From Vibrio alginolyticus NBRC 15630 = ATCC 17749 (GTDB lineage Bacteria > Pseudomonadota > Gammaproteobacteria > Enterobacterales > Vibrionaceae), in the NCBI RefSeq assembly GCF_000354175.2, contig NC_022349.1, positions 1,260,001 to 1,292,000 of the forward strand: DNA of 32,000 bases. Reading direction: 5' to 3'. The notes below the pieces were generated by a model. It did no database searches. It was not told the DNA's origin and saw only the letters and a program-made list of their open reading frames with translations. Made by a program: the position numbers and the translations under genes. Below, one piece after another: positions 21,076-30,103 of the stretch (positions are counted from its first letter, which is position 1; every line of letters starts with the position of its first letter).

Positions 21076-21510
21076 ATGATCAGTGAATGGGAAAAACACA
21101 CACTTCTAGCCGATACGGCACTTCAACTAGATGACCCTGTTCGCAGCATTCTTCATTACCAGCAAGCCCTAAGCCTGAGTGAAGATATCAGCGAATGTGT
21201 GGAAATTGAGGCGGACGAGCGATTATTAATTTCTGTGATTTCTTGTCATAACTTAGCTCAGTTCTGGCGTTGGGCTGGAGATACTGACTATGAACTCAAA
21301 TACCTTCAACTGGCCTCTGAGAAAGTCTTAACACTTATCCCACAATGCCCAAATAAAGAGTGTGCAAGCTTTATCGACTCGATAGGATGCTGTACTAAGG
21401 CGTTGATAGACTTTATGAAGCGTCACCCTAATCCGGCTATTGCCAAACAGGTTGAAAAAATAGATACCGCAACCAATTGCGAAGTCATTGCCAAATTCCG
21501 CTTAAACTAA
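21076..21510 (+). CDS. Hypothetical protein (about 144 aa, helical, Cys-containing)
   Basis: I took the ORF with the ATG at 21076 (MISEWEKHTLL). I recognise no domain in it. Confidence 0.55.
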   Translation: MISEWEKHTLLADTALQLDDPVRSILHYQQALSLSEDISECVEIEADERLLISVISCHNLAQFWRWAGDTDYELKYLQLASEKVLTLIPQCPNKECASFIDSIGCCTKALIDFMKRHPNPAIAKQVEKIDTATNCEVIAKFRLN

Positions 21511-21589
21511 CATTCAAATTATACAGTAGGAATCACCGAAAGGTGCTTGGCAAAATACCACTAAAATATTATTAACAACGTCAGTAAAT

Positions 21590-21625
21590 CAAAAACGCCG
21601 AAGCTTTCTAGCTTCGGCGTTTTTA
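21590..21625. terminator. Bidirectional terminator between the hypothetical gene and motY
   Basis: ACGCCGAAGC / GCTTCGGCGT, flanked by A5 and T5. Confidence 0.85.
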
Positions 21626-21631
21626 TAAGCA

Positions 21632-22512
21632 TCACACTTGGGTTCGCCCTAGAGATATCACGACTCGGCGGTTTTTGCTTTTCCTATTGGCGAACCGTTA
21701 TCTGCAATAGGACGACGCTTGCCGTACCCTTGCACTTGAATTCGATCTTCCGGTAGCCCTAGAGACTGAAAGTAATCACGAAGTGACTCTGCACGTCGCT
21801 CTGATAAACTTTGACTCGCACTTTTACCATCGGTTGAATCTGTGTACGTCGCCACCAGCACGAGATCGATATCTTGATTATGTCGGATATAATCTGCAAT
21901 TTGTGATAAACGCTTTTTAGAAGCCTTGGTTAACTGATCACCTTGTCTTTCGTAGTGCAAAATCGTAAAAGCAATGTCCTCGAAACTGTATTTCAATAAG
22001 TTGGAAATACAGTCGCTAAACGCGTTGTACTTGTTTTGAAATAGTACTGATGACAATGCGACTTCAATTCTCTGATCTCGGCTCTGCCAATCTTGGTAAC
22101 TAAAAGTCGGATAACGGCCTTTTTCCAGCTCAGACAAAATGCCCCATGCTGTTTGCCCTCCGACATAACCATCAAACTGTTTAAAAAACTTTAGGTTTGT
22201 AATTCGATCGGCGTGTTCACCTGGTCGCCAAGGTGGCGGCATAGAAATGAGACTGACGTTACGTGTTTCTCCCATCGGACGACGCATTTTTAACTCAAAG
22301 TCTAAATTGATTTTTTTATTCGCACGAGATGAAAATACCGCATCTCCAAAGCTTGGAATGGGGTGTACAAGCTGACATTCTAATGGTGTATTGACCACCA
22401 TTTCCCATTGAGATTGCTGTGGAGTTGCAGCATAACGTTTGCCCATCAAAGCGAAGCTGCTTGTGCTAAACAACGAAAATACAACACCACTGGTAATCAG
22501 CCATTTCTTCAT
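21632..22512 (-). CDS. motY: Sodium-type polar flagellar T-ring protein MotY, with a 1-nt deletion near the 3' end
   Basis: Signal peptide plus a MotY N-domain and an OmpA/MotB-like C-domain. It is near-identical to V. alginolyticus/V. parahaemolyticus MotY as I recall it. The ORF as written ends at 21658 (...[12 protein letters not shown]). Shifting frame at 21677/21678 restores [14 protein letters not shown] with a stop at 21634-21632. Confidence 0.85.
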
Positions 22513-22552
22513 CTAATACTGTCTCTTAAACGGCAGTCTGTTGCCGTCAAAT

Positions 22553-22568
22553 TGCATCAATAAAACCA
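22553..22568 (-). promoter_or_regulatory. Candidate sigma-54 promoter of motY
   Basis: The minus strand reads TGGTTTTATTGATGCA, with the correct GG-N10-GC spacing, about 40 nt upstream of the motY ATG. motY is reported as a sigma-54 class gene in V. cholerae. The match to TGGCAC-N5-TTGCA is weak. Confidence 0.3.
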
Positions 22569-22853
22569 CTTCAACGGGCATGCAAAAATCTCGCCAATAT
22601 CGGAATATCTGTCACTCTGCCATTAATGTGAGCCATAGTGTTCCAATCACCTTAACCGCCACTTAGCGTTTTACTTCCTCATGTTTTATCGATTTACATG
22701 ATGCAAAGTATGGCGAATAAACGTCTACATAATATGCAATACAAACTTATTGATTGGATGCAAAATAGAATTCCGGTTTTCTCTTAAATTGCGGTTTTTC
22801 TCATCGGTATAATCTGCAATAATGCAGCCTTCGTCACACAAAAATAAGCCAAC

Positions 22854-23498
22854 ATGACACTAGAAAATGAAGCTCTAACCTTGAAAAAACGCTTTCGTGG
22901 TTATTTCCCTGTGGTAGTAGACGTTGAGACCGCTGGTTTCAATGCTCAAACTGATGCACTTTTAGAAATCTGTGCCGTTACGTTGAAAATGGACGAACAT
23001 GGCGTGTTGCATCCGGCCTCCACCATTCATTTTCATGTGGAACCATTTGAAGGCGCTAACTTAGAAAAAGAAGCGCTTGAATTCAATGGTATTCGTGACC
23101 CTTTCAGCCCTCTTCGAGGTGCTGTTTCTGAGCAAGAGGCGCTAAAGGAAATTTATAAGCTTATTCGCAAAGAACAAAAAGCCGCAGATTGCTCACGTGC
23201 AATTATGGTTGCTCATAACGCAGCATTCGACTTGGGTTTTGTAAATGCAGCAAATGAACGCTGTAAACTAAAAAGAGTCCCTTTTCATCCCTTTGCTACT
23301 TTTGATACGGCTACATTAAGTGGCCTTGCTTATGGCCAAACAGTTCTCGCTAAAGCATGCAAAACAGCCGGGATGGAATTTGATAACCGTGAAGCACACT
23401 CTGCGCTTTACGATACACAAAAAACAGCAGAATTATTCTGCGGTATTGTCAACAAATGGAAGGCCCTCGGCGGTTGGCCGCTTGTCGACGAAGAATAA
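22854..23498 (+). CDS. rnt: Ribonuclease T
   Basis: 214 aa, collinear with E. coli RNase T ([23 protein letters not shown] DEDDh motifs). Confidence 0.95.
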   Translation: MTLENEALTLKKRFRGYFPVVVDVETAGFNAQTDALLEICAVTLKMDEHGVLHPASTIHFHVEPFEGANLEKEALEFNGIRDPFSPLRGAVSEQEALKEIYKLIRKEQKAADCSRAIMVAHNAAFDLGFVNAANERCKLKRVPFHPFATFDTATLSGLAYGQTVLAKACKTAGMEFDNREAHSALYDTQKTAELFCGIVNKWKALGGWPLVDEE

Positions 23499-23526
23499 TA
23501 AGTAAACACAACATATTAGGAAAAGT

Positions 23527-24852
23527 ATGAATCCTGTCGTTATATCAGTGTGCGTCATGCTCGTGTTAGCATTGATGCGCGTAAACGTGGTGGTTGCCCT
23601 CACGTTTAGTGCCATCGTAGGCGGCCTAGTCGCAGGCATGAGCCTTGGGGATACGGTTGCCGCATTTGAAAGTGGTCTAGGTGGCGGTGCAACTATCGCA
23701 CTAAGCTACGCCATGTTAGGTACTTTCGCTGTTGCCATCTCGAAATCAGGCATCACGGATCTACTGGCCAAAAGTGTTATCAAGCGCTTAAATGGTAAAG
23801 AAAACTCGGCGTCAACTACCGGGTTAAAGTACGCCGTGCTGGTGGCATTAGTGCTTGTCACGATGTCATCTCAGAACGTAATTCCGGTCCATATCGCCTT
23901 TATTCCAATTTTGATTCCACCTCTTTTGGGCGTATTCGCGAAACTTAAGCTCGACCGACGTTTGGTCGCGTGTGTTCTTACCTTCGGTTTGATCACACCT
24001 TACATGATCTTACCTGTTGGTTTCGGCGGTATTTTCTTAAACAACATTCTATTAAAGAACCTACATGACAACGGTTTGGAAAACGTGGTTGCAAGCCAAG
24101 TCCCAACCGCCATGTTACTGCCGGGTGCAGGAATGCTGTTTGGTCTATTACTGGCTATCTTTGTTAGCTATCGTAAACCGCGTGTCTACAAAGAAACTGA
24201 GTTGACTGTCGTTGACGAAACCGATCATGTCATCAATAAAAAGCACATCTTGGTTGCGGCACTTGGTATTGTCGCTGCATTGGGTGTTCAGCTTTACACG
24301 GGTTCAATGATTATCGGTGCTCTAGCTGGCTTTATGGTGTTTACTTTCGGCGGCGTTATTGCATGGAAAGAGACACACGACGTGTTCACTAAAGGTGTAC
24401 ACATGATGGCAATGATTGGCTTCATCATGATTGCAGCGGCAGGTTTTGCAGCAGTAATGAAGCAAACTGGCGGTGTTGAAACACTAGTACAATCGCTATC
24501 AACCAGCATCGGTGACAATAAGCCTCTAGCTGCACTACTGATGCTGATCGTTGGTCTATTAGTAACAATGGGCATTGGTTCATCGTTCTCTACGATTCCA
24601 ATCCTTGCAACTATCTATGTGCCTCTTGCGCTAGCATTCGGTTTCTCGCCGATGGCAACGATTGCACTGGTAGGTACTGCAGCGGCGTTAGGTGATGCAG
24701 GCTCTCCAGCTTCTGACTCTACATTAGGCCCTACATCTGGTCTAAATGCCGACGGTCAACATGAGCACATTTGGGAAACAGTCGTTCCAACCTTTATCCA
24801 TTACAATATCCCTCTAATCATCTTTGGTTGGATTGCAGCAATGGTGCTTTAA
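23527..24852 (+). CDS. Polytopic membrane transporter, Na+/H+-antiporter-family (YuiF-like)
   Basis: 441 aa and highly hydrophobic throughout. It resembles the Na_H_antiport_2/YuiF group as I recall it. The substrate is unknown. Confidence 0.7.
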   Translation: MNPVVISVCVMLVLALMRVNVVVALTFSAIVGGLVAGMSLGDTVAAFESGLGGGATIALSYAMLGTFAVAISKSGITDLLAKSVIKRLNGKENSASTTGLKYAVLVALVLVTMSSQNVIPVHIAFIPILIPPLLGVFAKLKLDRRLVACVLTFGLITPYMILPVGFGGIFLNNILLKNLHDNGLENVVASQVPTAMLLPGAGMLFGLLLAIFVSYRKPRVYKETELTVVDETDHVINKKHILVAALGIVAALGVQLYTGSMIIGALAGFMVFTFGGVIAWKETHDVFTKGVHMMAMIGFIMIAAAGFAAVMKQTGGVETLVQSLSTSIGDNKPLAALLMLIVGLLVTMGIGSSFSTIPILATIYVPLALAFGFSPMATIALVGTAAALGDAGSPASDSTLGPTSGLNADGQHEHIWETVVPTFIHYNIPLIIFGWIAAMVL

Positions 24853-24885
24853 TACTATTGTTTGGATGGATATACATTTAGTTAC

Positions 24886-24914
24886 GAAAAAGCCGCTCAA
24901 TGAGCGGCTTTTTG
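24886..24914. terminator. Bidirectional terminator between the transporter and the DsbA-like gene
   Basis: AGCCGCTCA / TGAGCGGCT, flanked by A- and T-runs. Confidence 0.8.
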
Positions 24915-24930
24915 TTATTCATAACTGTGG

Positions 24931-25560
24931 TTATTGCGCTGGCATATTGTCAATAATACGCTCACGAATCAGCTTCAAGGTTGGTTCTGTCGACAGGTAA
25001 TCGATGGCAATCGGAAAATAAGCGTCGTTAATTTTAAGAACCAAGCTAGGGTAAGAGCTCACACCTAGGCTCTTTGCAAGGCTCAATTGATCTTCGAACA
25101 CACCTTCTAAGAAAGAGCCATCCATGTCATTCTTGAATTGCTGAACATTCAAGCCAATTTCTCTCGCTAGTTGCAAGTGAGTGGCTTCTTCATGAGGAGG
25201 CATCGCACGTAAGTAATACGCATGCTGAATCGCTTCTAGCATCTGCTCATAAGAGTCTTGAAAGCCCGCTGCAATAACCGCACGACAAGATTGGTAAGTG
25301 CTTCTAACTGGCGTACAAAGCTTCCAGAAATCGTAGTTAAACTTAGTGCCTAACTGGCGCTCAATCTGCTTCCAAATACCTTCGAGTTTTTGTTGCATCT
25401 CGGGCGGCATCGGTAAATTAGTATCTGGCGCAAGACCACCAACCACATACTCAAACTGAATCACACCTGGCAGTTGCTGTTTTAGTTTATCCAGCGTTGG
25501 TTTGTAACCCCAACACCAACTGCACATTGGGTCATGCACGTAGTAAAGCTTTATATCCAC
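24931..25560 (-). CDS. DsbA-family thioredoxin-fold protein
   Basis: 209 aa with an N-terminal DPMCSWCWGY (CxxC) motif, typical of cytoplasmic DsbA-like/FrnE-like proteins. Confidence 0.75.
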   Translation of the reverse strand: MDIKLYYVHDPMCSWCWGYKPTLDKLKQQLPGVIQFEYVVGGLAPDTNLPMPPEMQQKLEGIWKQIERQLGTKFNYDFWKLCTPVRSTYQSCRAVIAAGFQDSYEQMLEAIQHAYYLRAMPPHEEATHLQLAREIGLNVQQFKNDMDGSFLEGVFEDQLSLAKSLGVSSYPSLVLKINDAYFPIAIDYLSTEPTLKLIRERIIDNMPAQ

Positions 25561-26004
25561 TTTAATTTTTTAACCTATAAAATCAATTAGTTAAATGAAA
25601 CAAGAATAATAAATGGCGATAAAGTGGCGACACATTTAAATCTTATTGCTTGGTTTCTGCTTAAGAGTTAACGAGTTTTGCTTGTAACCCTGATAACAAT
25701 ATAGGTCCAGCACTCACTCGTTCCCCTCTTCTTCATCAACACGTAAACAGCGGTTTTGTCCCGTTAACTGCACAGTGATTTTGACATCTAAGTTTAATTA
25801 TACCGTCTCATAAATTGAAAAACTGCTTTATCTTAATAATTCGCTCTAAAGCCTTATCGAGTAAGGCTCTATGCCCTCTTAATCAGATCTTATCTTCGCT
25901 CACCTGATCATCTATATTTCTCACAAAATCCTGAACAACACTTATTTTTCATGCACTTACAAAAGCCACCTTGATCTTTCCAGATCATTAAAATTGGAAT
26001 TTAC

Positions 26005-26036
26005 TGAAAATATTTTCAATCTTTGAAATTTTCAAA
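26005..26036. repeat. Two adjacent AT-rich perfect palindromes sharing the TGAAA/TTTCA half-site
   Basis: TGAAAATATTTTCA (26005-26018) and TTTGAAATTTTCAAA (26022-26036). TGATC-N6-GATCA lies nearby at 25972-25987. Function unknown. Confidence 0.6.
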
Positions 26037-26282
26037 ACACTCTCAGTCTAGACTCTAAGTAGCTCTATTCTCTCGCAAGCCCCGCTATATATATGGTTTC
26101 CCGCGAGACACTCTAAGAACTCTCCCCACTAAATTTCAGTACACAAAAACTGAAAAAAAACTGATCGAAAAAGCTCGCAGGCGGGTGAGGAGAGTGCGGA
26201 TTTTGTCATCCGCTCAGTCTGTCCCGTGAGTTCATAACCGTTCATCGCCATATGACTTGTAGCTTTAGTTTGAGACCAACAT

Positions 26283-26308
26283 AAAAAAACGCAGCCGTAT
26301 GGCTGCGT
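26283..26308 (-). terminator. Rho-independent terminator closing the phage-block transcription unit
   Basis: On the minus strand, ACGCAGCC-atac-GGCTGCGT is followed by T7. It lies 33 nt after the stop of the 177-aa gene. Confidence 0.8.
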
Positions 26309-26340
26309 TGGTTGTGTGAAAATCAAGTTCTTTATGTGTG

Positions 26341-26874
26341 CTAATATGCCTTAAACTTGCTTTCATCATCACCTTGTCCTACGGACTGCATTTCAGAGCA
26401 GCTCCATAGCAGCTCGAATTGGTTCAGATCTTCGTCGTCTTCGGGAAGAACAATGGTTGAATCTTGAATAACTAGCTTCACGCAACTTGATTGTTTAGTT
26501 GGGATACAGTGGTAAAGCTCAGCAACTTTTTTATCATCTTCGACTCCCCCAAGCACAAGCGTTGAAGCGTCTAGAATGAGACACTGGCAAGGTACAAAGT
26601 CCGGCAATGCCCCAAACTTAGTTTCTAGATTATTCAATAACTCCGTATCTAAACTATCTCTCTTCAAGCAACCAACGATAGCAAACTGGTAATTTTTCGA
26701 TTTTCTAACCACCTTACCAGAGAGCCAAGGTTTGTGGTCTTCGTTGACAATTTCTACCCACCAATTCCAGTCCTCAAACATTTTATAGATCTTCTTATTT
26801 TGAGTGCTTTTTTTAAAAACGAGACACAAACCCACCACTACAAATACTGCAGCTACTAGAGTACTGATTGTCAT
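26341..26874 (-). CDS. Hypothetical single-pass membrane-anchored Cys-rich protein (177 aa), edge cargo of the phage block
   Basis: N-terminal TM helix (TLVAAVFVVVGLCLVF) followed by KKSTQNKK, which suggests a cytoplasmic C-domain. AGGGG SD lies 7 nt upstream. It has its own 234-bp upstream spacer and its own terminator. I recognise no family. Confidence 0.65.
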   Translation of the reverse strand: MTISTLVAAVFVVVGLCLVFKKSTQNKKIYKMFEDWNWWVEIVNEDHKPWLSGKVVRKSKNYQFAIVGCLKRDSLDTELLNNLETKFGALPDFVPCQCLILDASTLVLGGVEDDKKVAELYHCIPTKQSSCVKLVIQDSTIVLPEDDEDLNQFELLWSCSEMQSVGQGDDESKFKAY

Positions 26875-27108
26875 CCCCTTACCCCTAATTAATGGTTCTT
26901 TAAATACAAAAATAGGAAAGAGAATAACAATAATTTCAAACAGTTATTATTCTTAATGGAGTATTCCAGCGAATCTCCCTACAAAATGGTTATTTTGTCT
27001 ATCAAAAACATGGCATAAGAAGGTAATAAGCCTAATTAATATATGGATAACAATTGTTAAGCTATCAACATTAAAGTCCAAGTGGGTTATCCCCCACCCG
27101 TTGGGCAA

Positions 27109-28749
27109 CTAGCTTGTTTGTGTTATCGGTTCGAGTCTTCCCTTCAATTTCATACTATCCTCCCCATGGCCAACAATATCATTCGCTTGGACTGGTGTTT
27201 TGGTGCTTGCTCGTCCTGGTGCTACACCGCTGTGTGTATGCGTTGCTAAAGTGTCGGCCAATTCTTTAACCACCTGCATTAGCTCCGATAAAAGAATCAA
27301 CACATTCTCTTGCTTAGAGCCTATCCAAGTCTTAGGTGATTGAAGCCATTGGTGCTCAGCGGCAATACTTCGGCGAAATTTTCCGATGGTCTCAATCAGT
27401 TCGCCAGCGGTAGCCGTTTGCATGTTACCCAAGCTTCCTAACACCAGATCATCTCCTGACAACAAATTAATAGCGCCAAGCGCTTCAATGAGCTTCTTAC
27501 CATTCACTTCTTCAGTGCTGTGCTCATTTACAAAAAGCTGATGCTGGCCAAACTCACCTTTATACCGTTCAAATTGGTCTAACTTACCAAACGCTCTCTG
27601 ATTTTGAGTTTGGTCAGTCTGCAGTGTTGTATTTCCTGCGGCATCGACTCGATAACTCACTTCTTCACGTTGCTGTTGTAGTTGTTCACCAGGCTCTATT
27701 GAGGGAAGCGCATATTCACGTCCATAAACGCCACGTATGATGGGTCTATCGCTTCGACCATAAGCGAAAGCAATTTCAACCAATGTCCCTTCTAATGGAT
27801 ACGCTAACAATCCGGACTCATGTCCGCTCATGTTAACTGGCAGTGGAATCGAGCGATAAACCGGTACGTTACTATCTGGTTGCAAATTCTCATCTAGAAC
27901 TTGCACATCAACAGAGAGTCTTGGCCGAAATGGGTCAGATACTTTACCCGCCGTCGCACTGTCTCTGACCATTTCGACTCGCCCGAACTTTGGCAAGTGA
28001 AAGCCAGCTGCTAATTCAGGAAAATGCTGTAGTGTTTCTCGCTTTTTAGGTATGACTTCAGACTGTTCAGCTTTCCAATACGCCGTCATATCATCCTGTA
28101 TTAAGTCAACCCGATTGACTCGCTTACCATTCACAACCCGACCTGGTCTAAGCATAGGAAACGGAACAAAGGTGACACTGTTACCATTTTGACGACTCGT
28201 AAACTCTTCAGGTAGTGGCATTGGTTTGTCGTTGAAATGGCTATCTTGATAGGAGCCAAAATAAACTACCTGGTCAGTATGTTGAAACCAAACACAGTCA
28301 GGAATAGAAAAAGCCTTAGCGACCTGATCTAAACATTGATAACCCGTTCCCTGGCAAACAAAGTTTGGGATCGCGGTCTTCATGTATTCTTCATTGGGTA
28401 GATTAAACTCGAGACCAGTAAGGTGAGAGAGCGCATCAATAACTTGCTCGGCATTTGGATGCTCTAAACTGAGAGACCAACGTTTACTCAAAATACCTGT
28501 CAGTTCTTTTACTGTGATTTTTTGGTAGCCATTGACTGTAGATTGGATTTTATCAACATAGCCCTCAAACCAAGGCGACGTTTTGTTTTCATATCCAATA
28601 TCAAAACGCACCGGCTCGAATAATTTCAAGGGTTGTGTAGCTTCAATTTCAAAGATGGCCACACTACCCAAAGAAAGCTTTAAGCTCACCATGTTACTTG
28701 CCAATTTGACTTCTTCGCCGCTTATATACAAGCGCTTCTCTAACTTCAT
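27109..28749 (-). CDS. Phage tail central hub / spike fusion protein (gpD/gp27-like N-domain, gpV/gp5-type OB-fold, HxH apex)
   Basis: Residues 255-342 read GRVEMVRD...VPVYRSIPLPVNMSGHESGLLAYPLEGTLVEIAFAYGRSDRPIIRGVY, matching the baseplate-spike OB-fold pattern. The C-terminal LATHTHSGVAPGRASTKTP carries the HxH motif (27240-27232) known from the iron-binding apex of P2 gpV. Residues 1-230 resemble the gpD/hub pattern (FDIGY..WFEGYVDKI). Confidence 0.6.
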   Translation of the reverse strand: MKLEKRLYISGEEVKLASNMVSLKLSLGSVAIFEIEATQPLKLFEPVRFDIGYENKTSPWFEGYVDKIQSTVNGYQKITVKELTGILSKRWSLSLEHPNAEQVIDALSHLTGLEFNLPNEEYMKTAIPNFVCQGTGYQCLDQVAKAFSIPDCVWFQHTDQVVYFGSYQDSHFNDKPMPLPEEFTSRQNGNSVTFVPFPMLRPGRVVNGKRVNRVDLIQDDMTAYWKAEQSEVIPKKRETLQHFPELAAGFHLPKFGRVEMVRDSATAGKVSDPFRPRLSVDVQVLDENLQPDSNVPVYRSIPLPVNMSGHESGLLAYPLEGTLVEIAFAYGRSDRPIIRGVYGREYALPSIEPGEQLQQQREEVSYRVDAAGNTTLQTDQTQNQRAFGKLDQFERYKGEFGQHQLFVNEHSTEEVNGKKLIEALGAINLLSGDDLVLGSLGNMQTATAGELIETIGKFRRSIAAEHQWLQSPKTWIGSKQENVLILLSELMQVVKELADTLATHTHSGVAPGRASTKTPVQANDIVGHGEDSMKLKGRLEPITQTS

Positions 28750-29219
28750 TGAGTCGCCTCCTCTGCGGTGATGAGTGCCTGTTTCAACCGAGTGTTCTCT
28801 CGCTGCTCTGGCTTGCTTTGCGCTTTAATCCGCTGCTCTTTTTGCTCGGCGACACTGTTGTACTCCCGAAGCTCAAAAGATACATTCCAAGCCTGTAGAG
28901 TTTCATGTTCTCTTGCTTGAATACGTCCAGTGAACTTCACATTGCGAATTTTAAGTGCGAGCGCAATGTCATTGCCGATTCGATAAATACGCCTAGCATT
29001 CGACTCATCTTTATCTGAAGCAAACGCATAAAGTTGGGTCAGTGTTTCTATACGAATGAATGGAACACGACCACTAAAGGTAAGCTTTTTGCCTTTGTCA
29101 CCTTGCTCTGCCACCTCGGTACCAGAAGACTGCCCACTCATGTCCTGGTCTTTAAACTCCATAGACATTTCAACGGTCATCGAGTCTAAGTTAATTGGCA
29201 CACCATCTAGAGCTAGCAT
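28746..29219 (-). CDS. Hypothetical phage tail protein (157 aa), possibly a gpU/tube-initiator-like hub accessory
   Basis: GAGGAG SD. ATGCTAG overlap with the upstream gene and ATGA overlap with the hub/spike gene. There is only a loose pattern resemblance to P2 gpU (LTFSGRV...IRNVKFTGRI...WNVSFELRE). Confidence 0.55.
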   Translation of the reverse strand: MLALDGVPINLDSMTVEMSMEFKDQDMSGQSSGTEVAEQGDKGKKLTFSGRVPFIRIETLTQLYAFASDKDESNARRIYRIGNDIALALKIRNVKFTGRIQAREHETLQAWNVSFELREYNSVAEQKEQRIKAQSKPEQRENTRLKQALITAEEATQ

Positions 29220-30103
29220 AATAGCTCCTCAAAAAACGTCATAGGTTCATAGCTAAGCAATAAGCTTGCTAATGTAAATTGATGATTGTTGGGCGCTCCC
29301 GCTTGATTCAACCGTGTCGCTATACTTTCCGCATTGCCCTCCACGGAGAACGCATAGATACTTCCTTTCAAGTTCTTCAGGGCGTTGAGCTGAGCCTTGA
29401 TTTCTTCCATCTTTTTATTGCGTTTTGCTGCTAATAACTGCAACTTGTCAATTACGTGATGGTCATCGTCTGCTAATGACTCTAGCGTAGCTACTTGGGC
29501 ACCTTGCCAATGTAAAGCATCATGTAATGGGTTAGCGTTGAGTAAAGCCATCGGCTTAAAGCGTGGTAGAGCGAGCGCTGCAGGTTGATGGAACTTATCA
29601 ACGTCATTGGTATTTAAAGCATGACTTTGCCTAGCTACTTGGCACCATTCAGGCATTGGAAGCAATGATGTAAGCTCAATGAGCTGCCGAGAAAATTGAT
29701 TCAATTGAGAGGCCGTTACCATTATCGCAATTCCGTGAAGATGGCCGTTTGGTCGGTACCTATCAGCGTAATCCCGCAGCTTATAAGATAACGTTTTAAT
29801 TGCAGTACTAGGATTGAGGTAACACCCCGAGTCCAAACGGGTCCCCACTTGAAACTGATATGGCGACACTGTAAGTACGGTTCCTGAGACAAGTAAGGAT
29901 TGAAGTTCACTACGCAGCTTAAGCAAAGCGCTCGCCTCTTCACTTAAAGAGTGACGCCCGTAATTGGCGTCACTTGTATGGTTGGTTAACCGGTTAATCG
30001 CTTCATTCATTACGGCGCCGACTGCGTCTGTCACTGACTCAGCCTTGGTTTGAATGTTCTGCGAGTAACTTGGCCAGTTTAATTGGGATAAGTGCCAAGT
30101 CAT
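29213..30103 (-). CDS. Hypothetical phage protein (296 aa), function unknown
   Basis: ATGA overlap with the chaperone gene upstream. It has helical or coiled segments (ALLKLRSELQSLL, KLQLLAAKRNKKMEEIKAQLNALKNL). I recognise no family. Confidence 0.6.
   Translation of the reverse strand: MTWHLSQLNWPSYSQNIQTKAESVTDAVGAVMNEAINRLTNHTSDANYGRHSLSEEASALLKLRSELQSLLVSGTVLTVSPYQFQVGTRLDSGCYLNPSTAIKTLSYKLRDYADRYRPNGHLHGIAIMVTASQLNQFSRQLIELTSLLPMPEWCQVARQSHALNTNDVDKFHQPAALALPRFKPMALLNANPLHDALHWQGAQVATLESLADDDHHVIDKLQLLAAKRNKKMEEIKAQLNALKNLKGSIYAFSVEGNAESIATRLNQAGAPNNHQFTLASLLLSYEPMTFFEELLC

Noticed and set aside
22585-22625. Possible sigma-28 promoter for motY (minus strand TAATG...TCCGATAT).
   Set aside because: The spacing is TAAT-N17-CCGATAT rather than TAAA-N15-GCCGATAA, and both elements are imperfect. 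The sigma-54-like match closer to the gene is somewhat better.
26129-26326. 65-aa minus-strand ORF in the junction region.
   Set aside because: It has no SD. It runs through the terminator hairpin of the upstream gene and has an implausible composition. It is probably spurious.
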